Source: Balanoglossus misakiensis (taxonomy: Eukaryota; Animalia; Hemichordata). Taken from it: a DNA stretch of 64,000 bases. Position 1 is the first letter of the stretch. Every line of letters starts with the position of its first letter. Below the pieces are notes generated by a model. The model saw only the letters and a list, made by a program, of their open reading frames with translations. It was not told where the DNA came from and ran no database searches. Of the stretch, positions 13,201 through 24,200 are shown piece by piece. A program made the translations under genes and the position numbers. The stretch lies in the NCBI GenBank assembly GCA_040954595.2, contig CM082584.2, positions 9,443,061-9,507,060 on the forward strand, written 5' to 3'.

Positions 13201-15108
13201 AGCCTTCTTTTTATGTCTTCCTATTGTTCGCTGTGTTTGCCGATGATACCGTAGGGGGAAAAAGTCAGAAAAAACTTCGTACCCGAAAATACATTCCGCC
13301 GTTCGAGTTATGTAAGACTTTATGAGTTTCTTATAACGTTAGTTCAAACCGGCAGTGTTTAATTCTGGCGCGTATTTAAATATTTAATCAGAGTGTGACA
13401 GAGTATGCGATTTGGGCAAAGGGGTGTCACAACGCAACACTTGAGGACGGCTATGGATACGGAAACAATACCAAATTGACAGGGTGTGTTTTGTTGAGGA
13501 TATACAAACAACGAACGGTCAGCTAGCCACTCAAGATGGCGGAACGCTGATTCGGGGAACAAGAATATCATTATGCCGTCGCCTCGAAATGATTTTCGAC
13601 TCGCGTTTTGGTCACGGGAAGAACAGTTCTGGATTGTTGGCATTACCAGGTGGAAATTATTGATCGGAGTCAAAGAGGTGAGGGTTTTTTTTCAAATAAC
13701 TTCAACAATGACCTCACGCGGGCGATTGTTTCGTTTAACACCCGTCGCGACCATCCACCAATGGTATTCGCGACTGATCGTTGACGAATACGTCGCAGTG
13801 CCGGGCACGCCTTGTCAAGCTCGTCTCCATCATGAAAACGTAATATTACTAAATCTTCGCTTCGCAAGCAGACGATGAATTTCGTCGTCTTAAATCTCAG
13901 TAGTTATCCGCAAAAGTTTTGGGTCTACACAAAACATGGCCAATACATCATATCGTGATCAGCCAAATTTCTAACTCACAGCATAATCGAGTTAAGCATG
14001 GGTACCCACGGTCAGTTGTTTTTATACTCATCCTGCTAGAGCGAAGGCTATAGCCTGAAGTAGAACCATGTATAAAAGTGTCATCGCGTACGGGTCTCAT
14101 GGCAGCCATATCGTTCGTTTAATATGTTTTTCATAATTTTAAATCCCCGTCTCCTGGTAATCGTGCGGACGGCGTTGCCGGGCAAAAAGGTGCCCAGCTA
14201 TTACAAGCACTCATGCCATGGCATTCCATCTTGATATCCTTTGTAAGCTCACATCGTTACATATAGTAGGCCTATTTAGACTTGAGTGTTGAAAATTCCT
14301 CTGTCGTACAGAAATGACTTGAACCTGGCCTTTAAGTCATCGAAAGATGTAGAAGAGAATAACGATGATATTTTGCATGGTAACGAGCTATCGATATTTT
14401 GTCACCGAAATGAGACGTGTATCTGTCGATTAGGGGATAATATAGGCACTACAGGTAAAAAATATGGTCGCTAATATGATGTACAGTTATATTTTTGTTT
14501 AATTGCCCCCATAAGAGGCTTGAGTGACCTTCATTGACCTGAATGTGTCAGTGACACATAGCGCCATATTCAGGGTCGCGTTGGCAACCGACAAAAAAGG
14601 CTCCGCCATGCCGAACGTTAGAGGCTCGTTGTGAAGCAAACAGCTTCGACGGGTGAGTGTTCGTTCAGTCTCAGTGTGCTGGGTCGATGATAATGAATGC
14701 AACGTTTGTTTGCGGAGCGACAGCCGGAATTTGTCATGAAGCCGTCAAGGGTCCATGATCACGACAAATAAAGAAATGGTGGACCTTTGTTGAAGGTCGT
14801 TCCGAGTGAAAACCAATAAAATGGCCCCCAAAAAGCCAAGGAATGTAAAAGCTTAGTGTAAAAGTCACTATTGGTTCACTGTGAGGACTTAAAGCTAGAT
14901 CATGAAAGATGGTGATATGGGGGTGTCAAAGAAATTTAAAGACACTTCAATATGCGACCATAATGGGAAAAGGACCAGTAGCTGCCCTTTTGCATTAATT
15001 TCATAATTATTTTACTTTTAAACTTTGGACCGTTTTCTCTTTCAGAATCAGCGCACCGACGGTTTGAGTCATAGTTTGGTAGACTGACAAATAGAAAAAA
15101 ACTTCAAG

Positions 15109-18100
15109 ATGGATTCGGTCCATCGAGAAGCCCTCAGTGCAAATATGGCGAAGATAGCCGACGAAATCGACGTGGACGATTTCCTCGACGATCTGAAGAA
15201 AGAAGACATTTTGACGGACGTTCTCGTCGAAGACATCCAATCGGAAAAGTCTCGTCGAGCCAGGGCCGGGAAATTAGTCATAATACTGCAGTCTTGCGGA
15301 CCCAAGGCGTTCCACAACTTCAAGAAGCTGTTGAAGAAGAATGGATTTCTCGAGTTGGCGGGGAAACTAAAGAAAGACGTCGAAGAGTTGAAAACGACAG
15401 AGATCCGGAAAAATTTGCAAAAGATTGAAAGTAAGATTTACGGCCGGGCCATTTTGAATTTCTAATTTGAGATAATTTTGCTCATTCATTCAGAAAATTG
15501 TACGATGGCACCAAATTTTATTCTCAATTTTAAGAGAGAATAATCTAAAGTTGTCTTGAGCAACAAATGCGTCCAAGACTGATTTTCGAGGCGCATGCAA
15601 CCTCAAGGGGGTGTGTGTATCAGCCCATTCAGCTGGTAGGCGAATATCAATGTTATTCCACCAACAGTCTCGCCTCTTTTCATCACAGAAAGCGGGAAGA
15701 TCCCGGTGGAGGCCTACGGGGACATCCTGGCGCTGCACCAGGACGAGATCGCGGACGACCTCTGGGTGGAACACATTCTGCCGCTGATGAAGAAGGACCC
15801 GCTGGATTTATCCGAGGGCCAGCTGGAGGAAATCAACAAACACACAAGCAGGAGGGAGAAGGCCGAGACGTTGTTCAACATGATGAAGATCCGGGTGGAC
15901 ATGGATGGGAAGAAGACCTTTAACGCGTTCTGTGACGTCATAGCCAAGGTGTACCCGCATCTGGCGCACGAGATCCTGAAAGACGAGGTCAAAACCATGG
16001 TCGCTGTCTCCAGGCCGCCTACGAAAGCTGAAATGGGTGAGATTTCAAACCGGTTGCTTTAACGAATGTTTACGCGATTCCCTTCAGGTGGAACGTTGCC
16101 AACTTTTGAACAATTCTTTGTGTACGGGTCGGTCGGCTGACTGTGTCAGAGGACAAAACAACAATCTCACCCTGCATAATTCTTGCATAATACGATATTC
16201 GTCACCCGAAGACATCTTATTTTGTCAGGTAAAACTAACTTGAAACGGCCAAAATAGAAAAATCAGCCATAAAATGAAGTGTCGTGTTCAGTACAGACAA
16301 CATAAAATGTTTGTCTATGGTGTTATTCATATGTGACCCTAATGTCTAAGACAATTAACCCATTTCTTTTCACTTATATTTTTACAAACTGCTCCTCGTG
16401 GACTAGAGAAATCGCTTCTCTGCCTGATAGTTTATTCTGTTGGTTTTCTCCGTTCCACAGCCACAGAATCGCCATACTCATCGCCCGGGTCGAGTCCAAG
16501 GATGACGGATGCGATTGCTAAGAAGCAGGTCTCCTTCAAATCTCCCCGCCCTCTGTCAACCTCGCCGGAACCCGACAGGCGATCGACGCGACATCGGAAG
16601 ACGCCGCTGCCGGAGATCAGGACGCCGATCACGACGGCGGCGAGAACTCCCCGTTCCCCGAGCGAGGAGGCGGCGCGCAGTGGCGGGGTCACCCTGCCCA
16701 GTGTCGGCGACAGTCTTGCCAGTTTGCAGGGGCAGCTAGATTCCACTGTCCGGGACAGATACCAGAGATGGCTGGGCCTGCAAGCACGCGATCCAGATTT
16801 CGGGCAACTGGATAAGGCCACCGTGTTGCTAAGGGAAGCGAACGCCGCCATAGAGACCCTGGAGGCGAAGATCAAGGATCTGCAGAAGCAAAGAGACGAG
16901 GCCTTGGACAGCAGAGACGACGCCAGAAACCAAAACTCAAGTCTCCTGGAATCTCTGCGACAGAAAGAGCGGGAAAGAGACGAAGAAATCGGGAAAGTCC
17001 ACAGATTATCAGAGTACATCATACGGCCAAGGAGTACGCAAGGCGGGCTGAGAAGAAGGAGAGCGGAGACGCAAAAATTCAGACCGTTCAGTCTTCGGAT
17101 CAGGAAGTCAAAAACTGTCGATGACATCAAAGAAATGGTGCAGCGAAAGGAAGGCATACCGGCCGAGTGGCAGAAGTTGTACTACTCCGGGAAGCCGCTG
17201 AAGGATTTCTTCACACTGCGAGAACAGAACGTCTACGATCAATCCAAACTCGACTTGAAGCTGGAGGTCCCGGACGGCTCGATGCCCGTCATCATCAAGA
17301 CAGTCGACGGAGACACGCACGTGCTCGCCGTGGAGCCCGAGGAGACCATAGCCGCGGTCAAGTCGAGGATATACGATAAACTCAGCATACCCCCTCATCA
17401 GGTGCGGCTCGTCTACGGCGGGGTGCACCTGGACAACATCCGGACCCTGCACGAGTACGGCATCGAGAACGCGGCCACTCTGTACATGGTGATGCGATAC
17501 CACATCACCGTCCGCACCTACAACGAGAAAAACGTCACCCTGCAAGTTGGCGAGTCGGACACCATCAAAAAGGTGAAATTGCTCGTCAGCGAGAAAATCG
17601 GAGTGGCGCCAGAAATGCAGAGGCTGATGCATTCTGGGAGGGTACTCGAAAATCCCAAGTCTTTGCAGGAGTATTATATCTACGAAGGCAGTGTTATAAC
17701 GCTCATACTGACAGTGACTGTAATTCGCAAATCTCGCTTGGATTACGACGAGGATACTTATAACATAGATTTAGACCCGAAGGACACAGTCATGAAACTC
17801 AAAATGAAGCTTGAAGACGCGTCAGGAATAGAGGCGGAGAAACAGCATCTTGTTTTAGACGATGTTTACTTGACCAATTACGACAAAGTGGCGCCCTACG
17901 CCCAGAAGGGCAAGACGATCTCCATGTACAATGACCTCATTTTTGTCACCTGGGAAACAGGTGAAGTGGTCCTCAGGAATGTACGGCCTCAGGAGGTCAT
18001 CCACACCGTCAAAGCAAAGATCCGCGAGTTATTCGGCGTGCAACCGCCCTGGATTGGCTTCACGTGTGAACACAAAGAGCTGAACGTCGACTCGCTGACG

Positions 18101-18367
18101 TTTGAAGATTACGACATTATGGACGGGTCGCAGGTGATATTTACCCTGAGGGCCATCCCCGTGCAGCTGTTAATGCTCTCCGGTAAAATATTCAAAGTGA
18201 ACGTGTACAGAAAGTCGACTGTGCGGCACATCAAGACGTGGATACAGGAAAAGGTTGGAATACCGCCAAGCAAACAACGTGTGCACCTGAACGGAACAAA
18301 GTTAGAAGACAACGATGTCTTTGAAGATTTTCCAATAGACGAACATTCTGTACTGTATTTGAAATGA
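15109..18367 (+). CDS. CARD-CARD-coiled coil-6x ubiquitin-like protein, 858 aa
   Basis: Exons 15109-15430, 15689-16036 and 16461-18367, both introns phase 1 (2577 nt). Exons 1 and 2 each encode a CARD-like six-helix pattern (R..L......I...L..L....IL.....E.I....SR...A..L...L...G..AF..F...L....LA..L). Exon 3 encodes an S/P/R linker, a heptad coiled coil and six Ub-fold repeats (T...VK..I....GIP...QRL...G..L....TL..Y.I). AATAAA near 18424. Confidence 0.9.
15441..15606 (-). mobile_element. Fragment of an interspersed non-autonomous repeat in CARD-gene intron 1
   Basis: The reverse complement contains ctcttaaaattgagaataaaatttggtgccatcg, similar to ctcaaaattgagagaaaatttggaggtcactg at about 59222; also carries a GGCCATTTTGAATT motif seen at 6788. 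Confidence 0.4.
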
Positions 18368-21231
18368 AACTGATGGGGGTATGGAGATGAGATATGGAGG
18401 AGGTAGCGGAAAGTGAAGGGGAAAATAAAATCGGTTTATATTAAACGAACTAAATCCAAAAGAAAGTGGTTGAGATACGCCGAAGCTAATTACATTTTAG
18501 ACCACCTCTGAAATTGGCTTGCTATATACAGTATATATTTTACTTTGCGGTCATGCAGGGTGACAACCATTCTCGCGAGCCAGAGTCTCTAAACGCTGAA
18601 ACTGTCACTGTAGAGAGGTTGCTGGACAGTCAGAATAACGGGTGGACCAGTGTGATTGGGGGGGGGGGGGTCACTAGTTTTTACGCATGCATTTTGAGGG
18701 GGGTAACTGTTTATTTTATACAACACTGTGTCAATAATTCATGACATAAAACATCCAATAGAAGGGATTCCTTTGATAATAACCCATAGACGGCTAAGAC
18801 CACGTGTTCACCTGGATTCCAACTCATATTGTCCTCTAGAGGGCGTCGTTGTATTATACATGTCAAATCCAAAATGGCCGCGCCCTTATCTTACACCGGC
18901 CTGCCGCGTGCGTGCGTGATGATGGGAAAAAACGCAACAGAAACCGTCTTTTTCCGAGAAAAGAAGTGAGCTAAGGAAGCGTTCACACAGGTTAGTGCAA
19001 GTATACGTGTTTCACTACAAAATTGTCCCCTGGAGCACTGCGAGGAGAAATTGAGTCAGTGTGTGTCATGGCATGACTGGGAGTCTCGCACACGTGTACA
19101 CAGTACTCATTGTATGTGAGATTTGCGCGATATTCGGCCTGCCACAGAACATACCTCCCGGCACCACAGCGCAATATGTACAGTGCAGTTTTAACTTTAA
19201 AACAAACATTTTGATTTGGCAAACGGACAAAATAACCGTATGTATTGAAAGGTTCATATTATGGTGAGCATACATATTCATAGCACCAAAGTTCGCCTGG
19301 GAATACCTAGCACACAAGGCAACATTTTACACAAAACACAATCCATGAAGTCTTATAAGATATTTTTATTTCATTTATTTACAATAAAGTCTTTTTCTAT
19401 GAACTCTTCAACTCATTATACAAAACTCAGTTTTGTGAATAAACTGATCACATCTTTATTCAACTTTCTTTGTACTCATTTCATAACTATGGTAAATATT
19501 GAATGATATATAAATATTAATACTGGGACTTAAATGGAAGACATTGATTGAATTTATATGAAAATCAGTCGTGCTTGGCAAATTCTAGAAGCAGGAAGTA
19601 GCTAGTAGTAGTACATTTAAATATTTTTATCATCAGTATCTTGTGACTGTTTCTAGGAAAAGGTAGAAGAGTTCTCTTGGCACTAAGGGCCTTTGTATGC
19701 TGACGGATACAATGACCCTTGACCTCTGACACAGGAATGATTGACAGTCAAGTATTACTTTGAGTTTGATCGTGGAAATCAGCTGTTGGCGCCACATGTT
19801 TGTAATGAGCAGCAAATTGTTGCTATTTTCGAAGGATTAAAATTTCATGGTAAAGGTTACCGCATGTACAAATCTGCATGGCGGCATGTGGCGCCCAAAT
19901 TTGGTAGCACTTAAGCGACCTTTGACCTCCACCAAAGCAATAAGCATTGTGATGAAACAGCATGGCTGCTTCAGGTGTCATCAGTTTATCTCATTTGATT
20001 CCCCAGCAGAGCAGACCCGCAGAGGAAATTCCACATAAACAACACGTAGGTCAAACATAAAATTTGGCACTCTTTCAATATCTCACAGCTGTTGCTAATG
20101 AACACATATGTGAACACCTTCAGTGGTGACATCCAGCAAGATGGAATCACAATGTACTGTGAACTGAGGTTGCAAACGGATTGGAATTTCAAAAGTATAC
20201 TACAGGTTATTTCTTAATCACTAAATTGGTAAATAATTTCTTAAATCAGAAAGTGAGCTGTCATCAGCTTCTGTGAAAAACTCGAAAGCTGCCAAAAATT
20301 GAACAGATTTATCTTCCGTACAAATCTTTATGAAATAGCAAATAAGATACTCATTGTACCATGCACCACTGTTAGTAATACGAGTTGTTTGGGGCATGTT
20401 ATTATGTATACAACAGAAAAATGTGAAATACCAAAACATTTTGTTTGTCAACACAGCCTAGTCAGCTTTGAGTGCAAATCAACAACTACATACATGAATA
20501 ACATTAAACAGAAATTTAGGTAAGGCTAGATTAAATATTGACTGTAATAAACACTACACTGATAAACAAAGCAGTACTTCCAACAAATAGTACATCTTGC
20601 ATTAAATAAATTATGGATAATACAAAAATAGAATATTTACAGTCAAAAATTACATCAAAAATTATTTCACAAAGTTTATTAGAAATTCACACTGACTTTA
20701 AAACCATAGCAATATCTGTGAAGCACAAACTAATTTTGTATAGAAATAAACAATTGCAAAGCTGGTCACATTTAAGTAAATATATATAAAAAAGAAGAAA
20801 ATAACAAAGAACAAATTATACATACTTGATATACGACTACAAGCAATTTGATTTTCTTTGGCATGGACTAGAATTTTTGAGGAAAAAAAAAACGAACAAA
20901 AAAGTTTCATTTGTGCCACTATTATCATCGCACAAGTAATGAACTTTGATCGTGTGTATCAAAAAAGAAATGAGATAGGAAATATTTACAAGTGTAGAAA
21001 AATACTGGTACAGATGCGAGGCATTGCATTGTTTTTTGGTGCATGTGAGTGTTTATACACACACACACCATCAGTGAAAGCTTATCAGAGATTGCATGCT
21101 TGACTGCAATAACTGTTGAATGCAGAATCTTGCATTACCTATTCAGATTTTGTGAAATGCGCTGTTTGATGTGTGAAACAGCTCCTGTAACAAGTTTCAT
21201 CCACAAGTGTTATTTCTTTCCTTACATCTCT

Positions 21232-24200
21232 CTATTTGACATCAGCTATCATATTCTCAATGGCATTCCAGTCGATATCGCTGATGATGCTTTCGCTCCC
21301 GATGGACGCAATCTCTTCCAGTTGTCTGATGTCCACAGCGGACGTGTAGTCTTGGCCGTCGATGTAATCCATCTCACTGAAACTCAGGGCACTGTACTCA
21401 GATGCCTGTGTGAAAAAATAAACACTTGTTAACACCATTCTTTGTATCACTATATTCAAACATGTCTGTTAGGGAAACAATTGCCTAGATTGTATATCAC
21501 ATACACAGGGCAACCACTCCCGCTCACTTACCGCAGTGTACGTTGTATCGTCTCTGTCGAGAAGTCGTTTGATGTCGTCAGGAACGTTCCACTGACTCTC
21601 GACACTCATCTCGGACTCCTCGTCGAGGATGTCCTCCGCCGTCATCGGGCGATACGGACTTGCGTACGGACGTGTTCGCGGTGGCTGGCTGCGAATCAGC
21701 GGTGACTTTAAGATGGTCCTAGGGGGTCCAACTATACAAAAGAAAGGGTGTGGAAGGGGGTTCAGGTGAAATGCACCAGAGTGCAATCAAGACTATGTGC
21801 TTAAAAATGGCCATGTACACATACATTTATTCCTCTGTAACTGTGCTGAATGGAGTTCACTTCATAAGAGAATATCATGCAATCTTTCATGATTTCAATA
21901 CTTTAAAATCATCATACATAGCAGTAGAATCCCCCCTCTTACCATAGGCAGCCTTGTGTTTCACTGGAGGACCTTTGGGCGCTTGCTGTAACCTCTCCAC
22001 ATAAGAGGTGGGCGTCTTGCTCCTGCCTTTGAAATGAACACCAACAGCTGGTGTGGGGCTAACCACGCCCTCTGTAACAGACAAACAGAACACAGGATGA
22101 ACTATGATATGATCTGTGCGATAGTTATACTGTAAAACTAGTTGTATAGAAAACCACTCTATGCAGGAACCTTTTTAACATAAACTTTGTGGAGTCTGAA
22201 TTCAAGACTGGCTATGTATACTCACCCATGCCTCGGTACATTCCGGCATTGGAAAGTTCCTTCAGTCGCTCCGCGTACGAGACGCCGCTTCTTGGCGTGG
22301 CATCGGATCTCATTCCCCTCGCAGTCAACTGTGACATTCTGTCTGTTTCTACAGGCATGGTTGCTGTGTCCATAGAATTGTATGGATAGTTTTGGGGAAA
22401 AGTAAAAGTCACATGTCAGATGCAGTGAAAATGTATGCTTTTTGTAAACCTAAATGTCCAGGAGTAACCATCTTGATACTGGCAAGATATACATTTTACA
22501 AACCTATCACAGAAGCATACAATTATTAAAACCGTACCAGTATTAATTGGGGCTGCTGCTCTCTGTTGTTCTTGTCTCCTAGCAGCCCGGTATCTTCGCC
22601 TGTAATGCCTTGTCTCTGCCTCGCTCTGTTTCTTCATCTCAGCCAGTCGTTCTGTGTAAGTCTTAACCACTCTGGCTGGCACATGCTGCGTGGTCTTCTG
22701 TGTTCCTGGGATTCTCTTGGTACCTGTCAATCAAGGTTGAACTTGACTTTGTCACCTCAGTACAAACAGACTGTTTTTACAGAATGATGCACTCAGTTCA
22801 GAAATTACTACTTCCGTTAAACAAGACAACGACTTACCGTAAAGTCTTTGTTTGGCTTTGAGTGAATCTGATGCTCTTTTAGTGGGCGTGGTCTTCATGT
22901 CTGCCAATCTCTCACTGTACGTTTTCACATTCCTGGGCGACGTCTGCAGCTTCCTGGTGACTTCGGGTCTCTGCACCTTCACGAGCTTCGTGTAGGGCTT
23001 CAGCTTGTACTCGTACACTTCTCCCTCCGTCAATCTTTCCCTCTTCTCCATGGGTTCGTTTTCCTTGTTTTCGGACCCTTCCGGGATCCTGTCCAGCGTC
23101 GCCGTCTTATCCAGGTCCGACGCCAGCTGCCTTTCCAGCTGCTTGGTGTACGCCGTTGCCATGGCAGCCGAATCCGTGTCGGTCGACCGCTGGATTTCTC
23201 CGCTCCGTTCCGGGTGCCTTTCAAGGGATCTTGTGTCACCAATTTTGTAAGTTGACCTCGGGATAACCCCGAGCTGTCGGTCCTTCTCGTAGCTATCCCG
23301 CACGTGGAGGTACTCATCGGCATGTACGATAGTTCTGTCGTGCTCGTCAAACGCCCTCCGTTGAGGGCGCTGTGGATGTTCATCCGCTATCCTCGCGGCT
23401 TCACTGTACAGCAGTTTCCTGGCTTTCTTGACCTTCTCCAGTTCGGCCCTCTCCTTGGCTCGGTCTTTCCTAGCAGCAGCGCCCCCAGGGGCCAGACCAG
23501 TGCCCGCAGGACTGTAACCGTGCTGCGTTCTGGCCGTAGACACCGCTGGTTCTTTGTGCGTTTCCGGCTTGTCGCTCAGAATGTCTCCCATTAGCTTGAC
23601 CGCTTCCTTGACTCTCTCGCCAACGTTTTCTTCCTCTCTTGTTCTGGGATGAAGGGGAATGATATTCGTTCAATCAGTATCCCAAGCTTTGCTTAAAATT
23701 ACACATTCCTCTCAGCAATGTAGTGAGTTTTCCAGTGATAAATGTTAGTTACAGTTTTCAAAGAGTGGTAATGATTTGTGAGACATTTCAAAGATATACC
23801 AAAGATTAGTTGTCGTTCGCACACAAATTAATAACTGGTTGCAGCCTATTTTTGTTTCTTATTGTGGTATCGGCACCACAGGGAAATTTTCAAAGATCAC
23901 CGTGCATGGTGTGCTCACCTTTTCAGGTTGTTCCTCGCGTCCTCCGCTTTCTTCATCTCCTTCAAAGATGCAGAAGGCTGGAAGGCAATCAAACCCAACA
24001 TTTAGAAACAAAATTTGATTAGAAAGATCTCATATACAGTACATACAGTGAAATTGCAAAAAAAAAATGTGCTACTCTGGTAGTGAGACAATACCTTAAA
24101 GTCTTCCTCCTTGGGAGGTTGGTACGGCTGCCTCTCAAACTCTCTCAAATCCTGCAATTTCTTCTTGTATTCATCCATGTGTTTCGTTCTCTTCTTTGCC

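Noticed and set aside
15109-16036. RIG-I/MDA5 or NOD2 ortholog
   Set aside because: No DExD/H helicase or NACHT exons follow, and the gene ends at 18367.
16502-18367. Calling the 621-aa ORF a polyubiquitin gene or a bacterial ubiquitin-like defence system
   Set aside because: Units are divergent and lack GG, the ORF is the last exon of a spliced CARD gene, and no E1/E2/JAB genes are nearby in this eukaryotic DNA.
18651-18706. Poly-G tracts (also about 6725-6860, 57170-57225 and 62235-62265) as G-quadruplex regulators
   Set aside because: More likely remnants of a G-rich interspersed repeat; no positional consistency.
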